Source of the DNA: Smithella sp.
GTDB lineage: Bacteria > Desulfobacterota > Syntrophia > Syntrophales > Smithellaceae
Direction of reading: 5' to 3'
Assembly (NCBI GenBank): GCA_039679455.1
Contig: JBDKUX010000093.1
Location: forward strand, 3,879 to 67,878
Length of the DNA stretch: 64,000 nucleotides
Shown: positions 10,124 to 19,842 of the stretch, piece after piece
Numbering within the stretch: position 1 is the first letter of the stretch
How the letters are laid out: each line of letters opens with the position of its first letter
The notes under the pieces: generated by a model
Databases searched by the model: none
The model's input: the letters and a program-made list of their open reading frames with translations, nothing else
What the model was told of the DNA's origin: nothing
Made by a program: the position numbers and the translations under genes

Positions 10124-10248
10124 GACTGCCTCGTAAATGGGTCGCAGGCAAGGCGCGCAAATCCTGAGGAGTGAGTCGTACTTTTATGTACGTCGCAACG
10201 ACGAGGGACGCAACGCAACGAAGCATCCGGGCCATTTACGAGGCAGTC
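10124..10248. mobile_element. MITE/REP-like 125-bp element with 17-bp terminal inverted repeats
   Basis: GACTGCCTCGTAAATGG (10124-10140) and its perfect reverse complement (10232-10248); internal CGTAC-TTTTAT-GTACG hairpin. Confidence 0.75.
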
Positions 10249-10742
10249 AGGTTGTCCTGCTTCTTTTCCACGTCATCCGCCATTTTCTTAATATAGGCGG
10301 CAAGTTTTGTGCTGATCTTATTTTCTTCGAGAGCCAGAATGCGTACGGCATACAGGGCGGCGTTTTTTGCCCCCGCTTTGCCTATTGCCATCGTGGCCAC
10401 CGGTATGCCGCCGGGCATTTGGACGGTGGAAAGCAGGGCATCGAGACCCTGCAGGGCGGTGGCGTCAATCGGTACGCCGATTACCGGCAGCTGTGTCTGG
10501 GCGGCGATAACACCGGCAAGATGTGCTGCGGCGCCGGCGCCGACGATAATTACCTTTACGCCGCGTTTTGCCGCCTCCTGGGCGAACCTGGTTGTACGCT
10601 CAGGGGTGCGGTGGGCAGAGGTTAAAAAAAGCTCATAGGGGATGTCGAATTCTTCCAGAATTTTCGTTGCTTCAGTCATAACCGGCAAATCGGAATCACT
10701 GCCCATGACCACGCTGACGACTGTATCTGTTTTGTTATTCAT
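10236..10742 (-). CDS. purE: N5-CAIR mutase
   Basis: VMGSDSD, SAHRTP, GAGAAAHLAG, STVQMPGGIPVATMAIG. Confidence 0.95.
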   Translation of the reverse strand: MNNKTDTVVSVVMGSDSDLPVMTEATKILEEFDIPYELFLTSAHRTPERTTRFAQEAAKRGVKVIIVGAGAAAHLAGVIAAQTQLPVIGVPIDATALQGLDALLSTVQMPGGIPVATMAIGKAGAKNAALYAVRILALEENKISTKLAAYIKKMADDVEKKQDNLTAS

Positions 10743-10899
10743 AGCTTCCCTCAATGTCAGATATTAAATAAGTGCGCCTAATAACTTATTGAAAGTTTAA
10801 TTGCAAGCGGCAGTTTTGCGCACGGAAACTTTGTTTTTGCCTTGACATATCAATTCGGAATATCTTAAGTTTTAAACACATCAAAAAAAGGAGAATTTA

Positions 10900-11439
10900 A
10901 TGAAGAATGAACTTACGGCTGTAATTGAGACCGACAAAGGAACAATCCGCTTACGGCTTTTTGCTGATCAAACACCGATTACCGTGGGTAATTTTGTTAA
11001 TCTGGCTCGTCGCGGTTATTACAATAATTTGAAATTTCACCGGGTTATTTCCGATTTCATGATTCAGGGCGGCTGTCCCGAGGGCGATGGCCGCGGGGGA
11101 CCGGGATACAGGTTCCAGGACGAGTTTGTGCCTGAGCTCCGCCACAATAAACCGGGCATTCTTTCCATGGCCAATGCCGGACCGCAAACCAACGGCAGCC
11201 AGTTTTTTATTACGCACGTAAAGACACCGTGGCTCGACGACCATCACACCGTCTTTGGCGAAGTTATAAGCGATGCCGACCAGGATGTTGTCAACCAGAT
11301 AGTTCAGGGTGATAAAATTCGTTCCGTTCTGATTGAAGGTGATGCTTCCGAACTGATGGAAAACATCAAATCTATGGTGGATAAATGGAATGCCGTCCTT
11401 GATGTGAGATTCCCCGAGCTGCCAAAAGCACCAAGATAA
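10900..11439 (+). CDS. cyclophilin-type peptidyl-prolyl isomerase
   Basis: [42 protein letters not shown]. Confidence 0.95.
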   Translation: MKNELTAVIETDKGTIRLRLFADQTPITVGNFVNLARRGYYNNLKFHRVISDFMIQGGCPEGDGRGGPGYRFQDEFVPELRHNKPGILSMANAGPQTNGSQFFITHVKTPWLDDHHTVFGEVISDADQDVVNQIVQGDKIRSVLIEGDASELMENIKSMVDKWNAVLDVRFPELPKAPR

Positions 11440-11454
11440 GGAGATAAGTTAAAA

Positions 11455-12186
11455 ATGAAAGCGAACTTGTACGAATATCTGGCCGGTAATGAGTATCCGG
11501 GTCGGGGCATTTGCATCGGAAAGACTCCAAGTGGAAACAAAACCATTATTGGTTATTTTATCATGGGACGCAGCGTCAACAGCCGTAACCGAGTGTTTGA
11601 CCCTATCGACGGCGGCATCCGCACCATGGCGGCCGACCCTTCCAAAATGACGGACCCGCACTTGATTATTTATAACCCCGTACTGACTTACGAAAACACG
11701 ACAATTGTGACCAACGGCGACCAGACCGACACTATCCGCGATTTTATGGCGCGCAACGATTTCCCGGGTTTTGGCTTTGAAGCCGCACTTATGACCCGTA
11801 CCTTTGAGGATGACAGCCCCAACTGGACGCCCCGCATTTCCGGTGTTGTGGATATGGGCACCGGCGGCTATAAGCTCAGCATTCTGAAGAGCTGCAACGG
11901 CAATGAAAAGAGCGTGCAGCGTTTCACCTTCGATTATTCAGAGCCCGTAGCTGGTGAGGGACACTTTATCAGCACCTACAAGTGCAACGGGACGCCTATC
12001 CCCAGCTTTGCGGGTGAGCCTTTGCACGTTGCCATGGACGAGGAAGATCCCAATGAATTTGCCGGCAAACTGTGGGAAGCTTTGAACGAAGACAATAAGG
12101 TCAGCCTGTTTGTCCGCGCGATTGATTTGACAAATCAGGCCTACGAGGATGTCATCATTAATAAATACAAAACGGTGGAGGAATAA
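11455..12186 (+). CDS. standalone IMP cyclohydrolase (PurO-like)
   Basis: YPGRGI, YFIMGRSVNSRNR, IVTNGDQTDTI, FEDDSPNWTPRISG; directly upstream of the AICAR transformylase. Confidence 0.8.
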   Translation: MKANLYEYLAGNEYPGRGICIGKTPSGNKTIIGYFIMGRSVNSRNRVFDPIDGGIRTMAADPSKMTDPHLIIYNPVLTYENTTIVTNGDQTDTIRDFMARNDFPGFGFEAALMTRTFEDDSPNWTPRISGVVDMGTGGYKLSILKSCNGNEKSVQRFTFDYSEPVAGEGHFISTYKCNGTPIPSFAGEPLHVAMDEEDPNEFAGKLWEALNEDNKVSLFVRAIDLTNQAYEDVIINKYKTVEE

Positions 12187-12191
12187 TATAA

Positions 12192-13370
12192 ATGAACGAA
12201 ATAGCACTTAAATACGGCTGCAACCCCAACCAGAAGCCTGCCCGGATCTTCATGGCGGACGGCAGCAATCTGCCGGTTGTCGTGTTAAACGGCAAGCCTG
12301 GTTACATCAACTTTTTGGATGCGCTTAACAGCTGGCAGCTGGTGAAAGAGCTGAAAGAAAATACCGGCATGGTTGCCGCGGCCTCCTTTAAACATGTCTC
12401 CCCCGCCGGAGCCGCCTTGGGATTTTCCCTGGACGACGTTTTACGCAAAATGTATCACATCGACGCCGCCATGCAGTTATCTCCACTGGCCTGTGCCTAC
12501 GCGCGCGCCCGCGGGGCGGATCGCATGAGCAGCTTCGGCGACTGGATTGCGCTCTCCGACGTATGCGACGTACCCACGGCAAAGATCATCAAGAACGAGG
12601 TTACCGACGGCATCATTGCTCCTGGCTATGAGCCGGAAGCGCTGGAGATTTTAAAATCCAAGAAAAACGGCAATTACAACGTGGTTTCCATCGATCCCAG
12701 CTACGTGCCGGCCTCTATAGAGCACAAACAGGTGTTCGGTATAACCTTCGAACAGGGCCGCAACAGCCTGAAAATCGACGGCGGCATGCTGGAAAACATT
12801 GTCACCGAAAACAAAACCATGACCGATGCGCAGAAACGCGATCTGGTGCTTGCCCTGGTTACGCTGAAGTACACGCAGTCCAACAGTGTGTGCTATGTGC
12901 AGGACGGCCAGGTTATCGGTGTGGGCGCCGGCCAGCAGAGCCGCATCCACTGCACCCGCCTCGCGGGCCAGAAGGCCGACAACTGGCAGCTGCGTCACAT
13001 GCCCAAAGTCCTTAATCTGCCGTTCCGCGACGACGTTTCCAAACCCAACCGTGACAATGCCATCGATGTTTACATCGGCGACACCCCGGAGGATGTCATC
13101 GGCGAAGACGTATGGGCGGAAACCTTCACCAGCCGTCCCGAGCCTTTAACGGCGGCCGAGAAGAAGGAGTGGCTTAGCCGGATTACCGGCGTTTGTCTGG
13201 GCAGCGACGCATTCTTTCCCTTCGGCGACAACATTGAGCGTGCCCGCCGTAGCGGCGTGACAGCCATCGTCGAACCAGGCGGTTCCATCCGCGACCAGCA
13301 GGTTATCGATACCTGCAACAAATACGGCATTGCCATGGCCTTCTGCGGGTTGAGGTTGTTCCACCACTAA
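12192..13370 (+). CDS. AICAR transformylase (PurH transformylase domain only)
   Basis: LKYGCNPNQ, SFKHVSPAG, SSFGD, GAGQQSRIHC, SDAFFPF, PGGSIRD, RLFHH; no N-terminal IMPCH domain. Confidence 0.9.
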   Translation: MNEIALKYGCNPNQKPARIFMADGSNLPVVVLNGKPGYINFLDALNSWQLVKELKENTGMVAAASFKHVSPAGAALGFSLDDVLRKMYHIDAAMQLSPLACAYARARGADRMSSFGDWIALSDVCDVPTAKIIKNEVTDGIIAPGYEPEALEILKSKKNGNYNVVSIDPSYVPASIEHKQVFGITFEQGRNSLKIDGGMLENIVTENKTMTDAQKRDLVLALVTLKYTQSNSVCYVQDGQVIGVGAGQQSRIHCTRLAGQKADNWQLRHMPKVLNLPFRDDVSKPNRDNAIDVYIGDTPEDVIGEDVWAETFTSRPEPLTAAEKKEWLSRITGVCLGSDAFFPFGDNIERARRSGVTAIVEPGGSIRDQQVIDTCNKYGIAMAFCGLRLFHH

Positions 13371-13508
13371 CAGGATAATAGCCTGTTAGGCTGTAGATTG
13401 TTAAGAGATACAAAGACATTTTTTAATGACACATGAGCAGAAGATCGGAAGTGCAATAAAATTTCATCGGGGCTGAACTTATGCCCGATTATACAAGGAG
13501 CTTACATT

Positions 13509-14687
13509 ATGGCAGGTGCAGAGGTATTTGACAGTGAAGAAATAAAGGCGATGGCGGATGTCATCGAAAGAAAAATGATTCATAGGTATGGTTCGCACGC
13601 GATGAGAAACGGACAGTATCGAGTGGATGAATTTGAGGACAAGGTGAAGGCCATTACCGGCGCAAAATTCGCACTCGGCGTTTCCAGCGGCACAGCGGCG
13701 CTAATCGTTGCGCTCAAGGGCATAGGCATTCAGTCTGGCGATGAAGTCATTACAACTCCGTTCACATTCATTGCAACAATAGAAGCCATTGTCGCCTGCG
13801 ATGCGGTTCCGATCCTCGCGGATATTGACGAAACGCTGAGCCTTGACGCGGCTTCCGTCGAAAAACTTATTACGCCGAGAACGAAGGCAATTATGCCCGT
13901 GCACATGTTCGGGGTTGCAGCTGATATGGATAAGTTTATGGCGCTCAGTGAAAAATACAACATACCCATCATTGAAGACGCCTGCGAAGTGGTCGGTGGA
14001 ACTTATAAAGGCCGTTACCTCGGCACGCTGAGCAAATGCGGTACATGGAGCTTTGATCCCAATAAAACCCTTACCGTCGGCGAAGGCGGCATCATTCTCA
14101 CCGACGATGAAGCGGTTTACAGTAAAATGGAATACTACCATGACCACGGACATGTCCACAGTAAGCAGCACGACCGCGGGGCGGATGCAAAATCAGGTCT
14201 GGGCGTCAACTACCGGTTAAGCGAAATACAGGGGGCGCTGGGGCTTGTGGCGATGAATAAAATGCCGACAGCTCTGGGATTGCTGCGGGCAACGAAAAAG
14301 AAAATCCTTGACGCCGTGGCGGATACAGGCATTCGGCCGCGTCCCATGAACGATAGCGAAGGCGACACGGCAACCCATGTCATCTTCCTTCTGCCCACAG
14401 CCGAAGCCGCGAAAAAATTCCAGGCCGCCACTAAAGAAGCCGGCTCCCCTGCTGCGATCATCGCGGAAAACACATGGCATTATGCGAAACACTGGCAGGC
14501 GCTTGAAGATATGGGAAATAAAGATTACTTCGGCACGAAGACTCCTTCTTACGCGCCGCAAACCATGGTCAAAAGCGATGCTATCCTGAGCCGCGCCGTC
14601 ATGTTCGGGCTCAACATTATTATGGATGATGCTTCCGTAAATAAAATTATCTCGGCGATAAAAGCGGGAGCAAAAGCTGTGCTTTAG
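13509..14687 (+). CDS. DegT/DnrJ/EryC1/StrS PLP aminotransferase, KdnA-like
   Basis: SSGTAAL, GDEVITTPFTF, IEDAC, SFDPNKTLTVGEGG, DHGH...DRG. Confidence 0.85.
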   Translation: MAGAEVFDSEEIKAMADVIERKMIHRYGSHAMRNGQYRVDEFEDKVKAITGAKFALGVSSGTAALIVALKGIGIQSGDEVITTPFTFIATIEAIVACDAVPILADIDETLSLDAASVEKLITPRTKAIMPVHMFGVAADMDKFMALSEKYNIPIIEDACEVVGGTYKGRYLGTLSKCGTWSFDPNKTLTVGEGGIILTDDEAVYSKMEYYHDHGHVHSKQHDRGADAKSGLGVNYRLSEIQGALGLVAMNKMPTALGLLRATKKKILDAVADTGIRPRPMNDSEGDTATHVIFLLPTAEAAKKFQAATKEAGSPAAIIAENTWHYAKHWQALEDMGNKDYFGTKTPSYAPQTMVKSDAILSRAVMFGLNIIMDDASVNKIISAIKAGAKAVL

Positions 14688-14710
14688 TAAAAACAAACAA
14701 TATAAACTTG

Positions 14711-14743
14711 AAAAACGGGCGAGTCCAAAAGACTCGCTCGAAT
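14711..14743. repeat. 33-bp terminator-like hairpin, copy 1
   Basis: AAAAACGGGCGAGTCCAAAAGACTCGCTCGAAT, 32/33 identical to 15707-15739. Confidence 0.85.
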
Positions 14744-14769
14744 TATGATTTCAATGTGTGAGGTTTTCA

Positions 14770-15675
14770 ATGTTAACAGATAATATTCTCAATCTGATCG
14801 GCAATACACCGCTTATCCAGCTCAAAAATTCACGTATCTTCGCCAAAGCTGAATTCCTGAATCCCGGAGGGAGCATAAAAGACCGGGTCGCATTATCGAT
14901 GCTGGAAGGAGCTGAGCGGGACGGGAAATTACATCCGGACACTATCATTGTGGAGCCGACCAGCGGGAACACCGGCATCGGCATAGCGCTTGTCGGACGC
15001 CTGAAAGGATACCGTGTCATCATCGTGATGCCCGAAAACATGAGTGATGAACGCAAAAAGCTCATCGGGGCGCTGGGCGCCGAATTGATTTTAACGCCGG
15101 CGGAAGAAAGCATCGGAGGAGCTGTGAAAAAAGTTGCTGAACTGGCGGCGGCGAATCCGAAAGTATTTGTGCCGCAGCAATTCGAAAATCCGGACAATCC
15201 ACGTGTGCACTACGAAGAAACCGCGCGCGAATTATGGCGTCAGATGAATGGTGTAATCGATTGTTTCGTCGCGGGAGTCGGCAGCGGCGGCACCCTCCAG
15301 GGCGTGGGAAAGTTTCTCAAGGAGCATCGGCCCGATGTCCGCATCGTAGCCGTAGAACCCAAAAATGTTTCCGCGCTGCTTGGCCATGAACCGGGTTTGC
15401 ACCAAATACAGGGTATAGGCGACGGTTTCATTCCCGCCGTGCTCGATGTCAAACTCGTCGACGAAGTTATCGAAGTTACCGACGAAGATGCCATCGAAAC
15501 AACACGTGAACTGGGGAGAAGCATGGGACTGCTAGTCGGCATTTCATCCGGAGCAAATGTCTGGGCCGCACGGCAGCTGGAAAAGAAATATCCGGGCAAT
15601 ATTGCCACGGTGCTTCCCGACCGCGCCGAACGGTATTTCAGCACGTCGCTGTTGAAATCCGGCAAGACAGAGTAG
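14770..15675 (+). CDS. cysK: cysteine synthase A
   Basis: KAEFLNPGGSIKDR, EPTSGNTG, GVGSGGT, HQIQGIG, GISSGAN. Confidence 0.92.
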   Translation: MLTDNILNLIGNTPLIQLKNSRIFAKAEFLNPGGSIKDRVALSMLEGAERDGKLHPDTIIVEPTSGNTGIGIALVGRLKGYRVIIVMPENMSDERKKLIGALGAELILTPAEESIGGAVKKVAELAAANPKVFVPQQFENPDNPRVHYEETARELWRQMNGVIDCFVAGVGSGGTLQGVGKFLKEHRPDVRIVAVEPKNVSALLGHEPGLHQIQGIGDGFIPAVLDVKLVDEVIEVTDEDAIETTRELGRSMGLLVGISSGANVWAARQLEKKYPGNIATVLPDRAERYFSTSLLKSGKTE

Positions 15676-15706
15676 CGGTATATAATGCCGGTAAAAATGT
15701 AAAATA

Positions 15707-15739
15707 AAAAACGGGCGAGTCCAAAAGACTCGCCCGAAT
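15707..15739 (-). terminator. intrinsic terminator for cstA; copy 2 of the 33-bp repeat
   Basis: Perfect 10-bp stem CGGGCGAGTC/GACTCGCCCG followed by a U-tract on the minus strand. Confidence 0.8.
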
Positions 15740-15769
15740 AGTACGCATCAGATCAAATTGAAAATATAT

Positions 15770-17527
15770 TTAGATGTTAATTTCTGCCGGTACAACACCT
15801 TTTCTTAATTCCTTCCATTTCCTGTAAGATAAAATTATTACACCTATGGAAAAAGTAATCAGTAATGCATCAACCACCGACAACATGATGTTATTCTTGG
15901 GAATGTATGTGTTAAAAAGTAGAGTCACAAGAGAATATAAAGTAGTCGCCATCATAAACAAAGCAGGCAGCACCGTGAACCAGGCATTCTTGTTTCTTTT
16001 TACCAGCCAAACGGAGACTGCGATTAACGCCAGTGCGGCCAGCAATTGATTGGCGGAGCCGAAGATAGGCCAGATCACCAGAAATGCATTATAGTAGGCA
16101 AGAACAAACATCAGAATTACGCAGAGCAGGGCGTTAAAAAGATAGGATTTCATTATCGCCGGGACTTTCTTGAAAATAACCTGCCACAGTTCTTCAAACA
16201 AGTATCTATTTAACCGAACTGCCGTATCCAGCGTTGTAACAACGAAACCTTCCACCAGCAGAATTCCAAAAATAGTGCCGTAAACCGGAGGTATTCCTAA
16301 TCCCTTATCCAGCAAACCGCCTGCTCCGGCGGCAAAGGCCAGAATGGGATTTGATTTGGTTCCGGCGATTGTCGGGAATACGATGTTGCTGTAATCCGTA
16401 AAGGCAATACCGCATCCGACCGCAACCAGAACACCGATAGCCAGCAAGCCTTCCAACATCATTCCGCCGTACGCAATTTTTTTAATATCCGTCTCTTTGG
16501 ATATCTGCTTCGAGGATGTGCCGCCGGCAACCAGACAATGAAAGCCGGAAATGGCTCCGCAGGCAACCGTGATGAATAAAAACGGCCAGAGCGCGCCTAA
16601 CTTGTTCGTTCCGGCCGCAACATTAAACGCCGGTGCGGAAAAGGTAACCCCTTTAAAGCCGGCGACTATACCGGCTATAAAGAGTGCGGCAATGCCGGCA
16701 TAAAGAAGGAATGAATTGGTAAAGTCACGCGGTTGCAGGATAATCCAAACAGGAATACCCGCCGCCAGCAGAGTATAGAAAGAAAGTATGATCATCCAGG
16801 CGGTTGTGTTTATCGCAATCGGGAAATTCATCCCAAAAATAATAGAACCGATACAGACCAGAATCGCCAATAGAGATGCAAGGTAAACATTGATTTCTTT
16901 TTTATAAACCAGGTAGCCGATAAGAGGCGCAAAGCAGGTTATGAAAATGACGGAAGCCGAGGCGATGCCACCGATCTGCGCTTTGGCAACCCCTTTTACC
17001 ATAACGGTCTTCACTATAGTTTGGGAAGGAGCCAGCTTCAGAATATCCAGGGGCAAGAGAGACGTTAATGCTGTTGCCGTTAAACCCAGAAACGCCGACG
17101 TAACCAGCAAAAGCATAACGGTGGTGAAACTAATAAATAAAAAAAATCCTGTGTTTCCCAGAGTCGCTTTGGCTATTTCCGAAATGGACTTGCCTTTCTC
17201 CCGGACACTGGCGAAAAGCGCCGTCATGTCATGCACTGCGCCGATAAAAATGCTTCCCACAACACACCACAACCATACGGGCATAAATCCAAACAGCAGC
17301 GCCACGGTAGGGCCGATGATCGGGCCGCCACCGGCAATGCTGGCGAAATGATGACCGAATAAAACAATTGGCTTTGTCGGAACGTAATCACAATCATCCT
17401 TCATCGAACACGCCGGTGTTATATTCTTATCGCTTTCATCGAATATCCCGGCAATGTATTTCCCATAAATACGAAAACCTAAATAAAATATGACTGCTGC
17501 TATTATCAATAATACTGCGGCGTTCAT
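15770..17527 (-). CDS. cstA: carbon starvation protein A family transporter
   Basis: DYVPT, LFGHHFASIAGGGPIIGP, LQPRDF, ACGAISGFH, TTLDTAVRL, WPIFGSANQLLA. Confidence 0.92.
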   Translation of the reverse strand: MNAAVLLIIAAVIFYLGFRIYGKYIAGIFDESDKNITPACSMKDDCDYVPTKPIVLFGHHFASIAGGGPIIGPTVALLFGFMPVWLWCVVGSIFIGAVHDMTALFASVREKGKSISEIAKATLGNTGFFLFISFTTVMLLLVTSAFLGLTATALTSLLPLDILKLAPSQTIVKTVMVKGVAKAQIGGIASASVIFITCFAPLIGYLVYKKEINVYLASLLAILVCIGSIIFGMNFPIAINTTAWMIILSFYTLLAAGIPVWIILQPRDFTNSFLLYAGIAALFIAGIVAGFKGVTFSAPAFNVAAGTNKLGALWPFLFITVACGAISGFHCLVAGGTSSKQISKETDIKKIAYGGMMLEGLLAIGVLVAVGCGIAFTDYSNIVFPTIAGTKSNPILAFAAGAGGLLDKGLGIPPVYGTIFGILLVEGFVVTTLDTAVRLNRYLFEELWQVIFKKVPAIMKSYLFNALLCVILMFVLAYYNAFLVIWPIFGSANQLLAALALIAVSVWLVKRNKNAWFTVLPALFMMATTLYSLVTLLFNTYIPKNNIMLSVVDALLITFSIGVIILSYRKWKELRKGVVPAEINI

Positions 17528-17600
17528 GTCCCTCCCCCTCAAATCACCATATTCCGGGAAAAAACCCGGTTTTTGGTAAACCGTGGTTTAACCGGTCGAA

Positions 17601-17629
17601 ACTATAGGGAGCGCACACGTGGATGTCAA
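17601..17629 (-). promoter_or_regulatory. sigma70 promoter of cstA
   Basis: TTGACA-17 nt-TATAGT on the minus strand. Confidence 0.7.
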
Positions 17630-17961
17630 TCAAAAAATGCATGGGAAAAGACACAACAGAAATCAGGAGATAAAAAGATTATTTCCTTGACATTTCCTTG
17701 TTAATTTCGGAACAAAGCTTTGATTTTATTAAATAATTTTCCGTGGAGAGGGAAAATACGTATCCGAGCAAATCACATCTGAATTGTTGAAAGCTGCAGA
17801 ACAAATGGTTAAGTCGGGTACCCTGGTTGAGATTCGCCACTATTTGGCAGCATAGAACAACAATGGAATACGAGAGGTGTGCAATTCTGTTAATGAGTAG
17901 AACCATTCTCATTAATTGCAACAAAGTCCTCTTACAACATTGTAGATTATTCCGACAGAAT

Positions 17962-19635
17962 TTAACTCACATCAAGTTCCAAACTGCCTTTTTTCACAGC
18001 GCGGACTGACTGGATAAACTTTGGCCACTCCAGTGTCCAATCAATATAGGTGCACATATCATCCATCAACTGGTCAACGATCTTGCGAATTGGTTCACGA
18101 AGGTCTGTCAATGTGTCGATTGTCAGCTTACGCTCTTTCAAGAGGCCCCAGCCAAGCCAATTTTCCGCCTCATCTTGAGATTTTAGTCCTGACAGAACTT
18201 CCTTAATATTATCTTTGTCACCACCTACCCAAAGCTCGGCAAAAGATTGACCTTTATTACATTTTAGTGATGACCATAGTTCGATAACCTTGTTGATACG
18301 CTTAATGGCGATTTTTTCTAATTCTTTTTTTAATTCGCCCCGGTCCGATTTTTCAAAGATGCCCCGCTTCAAAGCTTTCTCGAGGGTAGCCACGAAGGGA
18401 CTTTGAACTTTTGGTGCGGGAGGCTCGCCGCGGATCCAAGCATCTACCAGGATACCCCAAAACAGCGTAGGAATATATACACCCAGTGCATAAGGTCGGA
18501 GGTTCCCTTGGCCTGCCAGGATACGATCTTTGAACACTTCGGCGTCGGGATGCCGAGAAGGCTCGACATCTCCATTACGACTATGAATTATACTTCTTAC
18601 TTTCGAGAAATGACCCAACGCGCGATGGAGTTCGTATTTCAAATGATCGTCGATCCACATCACGTTCTGCCGAAAATTACTGAAGGGCGGAAGGTCAAGA
18701 ATTGCACCCTCACTGATTACCAGTCCCGCTCCTGAAACCACTGATAGACGCGGATTACTTCCCAAGCGTTGCAATCCCTTATCAGGATCATCTGGACTAT
18801 CCAGACCGTAGTATTTTATCATCGTGTTGCAATCAAAAAGATTATTTTCATAATCGCTAAGAAGTTTCTCGGTAAGCTCTCCATCTTTTTTCTCTTTGTT
18901 GTTTGCGTTTTCGTTAAGAATTCTGATGGCGTTTTGATTCAGTATCAATGCCGGGAACATGCGGGTCGCGAAAGCAGTATTGAAATCATTGATGTCCCAT
19001 TCGCAGATTGATTTGTCTTTTGGTTGTGTATATGAGCCAGATATCATGTAGGAGTGAATACGGTGATCAACTGATAACTCATTACAGTACTTAGTTATAT
19101 CACGCGTAACCACATCCAATAATCTTTTGTCCAAGGTATTGTCGCTTAGAAGAGCATCCCAGTCCATGCGCAGCACCGGTATCCCGGAACCCAAATGCCG
19201 CACACGAATGATTGCCTCGGCTACCTTCGTCGTATCATATCGAACACCGGGATCATTCCCAACCAAGAAGTTTTTAAGTCGGGTTGCTTCCAACCCTGGC
19301 TTATTTCCGCGCAGGTTGTTGAGGATGGGATTTAGGGTTTTCGCCGTCACCAATCGTAATCGGTCTTTAAGGTCAGTTTTCAGTTTCTTTACCCTTTTCT
19401 CAATCTCGTCAATTCTATAGAATTCCTCGGCCATCTTAACTGGATCAAAGTCGGTGCCGATTGTGTTCAGCAACGAAAGCCAACCGACGTCGAGGAATAC
19501 AACGAGCATTCCTGGGGCTTCTTGTGATTTAAGACATTCAGACAAGCGCGCTGCTTTTGAGTCAAGGAGATCCCAAGCTTTGTTATTGTAAGGTAGATGA
19601 GTAAACAGGATATACTTATACTGAAATTCAGACAT
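17962..19635 (-). CDS. hypothetical protein, 557 aa, putative divergent GT-A glycosyltransferase
   Basis: GAGG RBS; VLRMDWD (DxD after a hydrophobic strand), SGAGLVIS, LPPF...WIDD. Confidence 0.6.
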   Translation of the reverse strand: MSEFQYKYILFTHLPYNNKAWDLLDSKAARLSECLKSQEAPGMLVVFLDVGWLSLLNTIGTDFDPVKMAEEFYRIDEIEKRVKKLKTDLKDRLRLVTAKTLNPILNNLRGNKPGLEATRLKNFLVGNDPGVRYDTTKVAEAIIRVRHLGSGIPVLRMDWDALLSDNTLDKRLLDVVTRDITKYCNELSVDHRIHSYMISGSYTQPKDKSICEWDINDFNTAFATRMFPALILNQNAIRILNENANNKEKKDGELTEKLLSDYENNLFDCNTMIKYYGLDSPDDPDKGLQRLGSNPRLSVVSGAGLVISEGAILDLPPFSNFRQNVMWIDDHLKYELHRALGHFSKVRSIIHSRNGDVEPSRHPDAEVFKDRILAGQGNLRPYALGVYIPTLFWGILVDAWIRGEPPAPKVQSPFVATLEKALKRGIFEKSDRGELKKELEKIAIKRINKVIELWSSLKCNKGQSFAELWVGGDKDNIKEVLSGLKSQDEAENWLGWGLLKERKLTIDTLTDLREPIRKIVDQLMDDMCTYIDWTLEWPKFIQSVRAVKKGSLELDVS

Positions 19636-19842
19636 GCTCTCTTCCTCTTAAATTGGAAAGAAATGCAATCTATTTATGGAGACTCTGGATCATAGTGTAT
19701 TTTTAGGCTATCTTTTTTAATAAGGAATCACCTTCGCTTTTACATGTATGGGATGCGGCATTGTATGTCAAGAGAAACTTAATATATGACAAGCCGTAAA
19801 TTGTTCGGTAAATACTTAAATTATAGCAAATTATTGTGACTT

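Noticed and set aside
10096-10218. 40-aa N-terminal extension of TsaC in the ORF track
   Set aside because: It is largely a read-through of the repeat element; ATG 10095 gives a normal-length protein
17733-17855. Startless 40-codon + strand frame (IIFRGEGKYV...EIRHYLAA) at the islet edge
   Set aside because: Could be a gene remnant, but it has no start codon and no recognisable family
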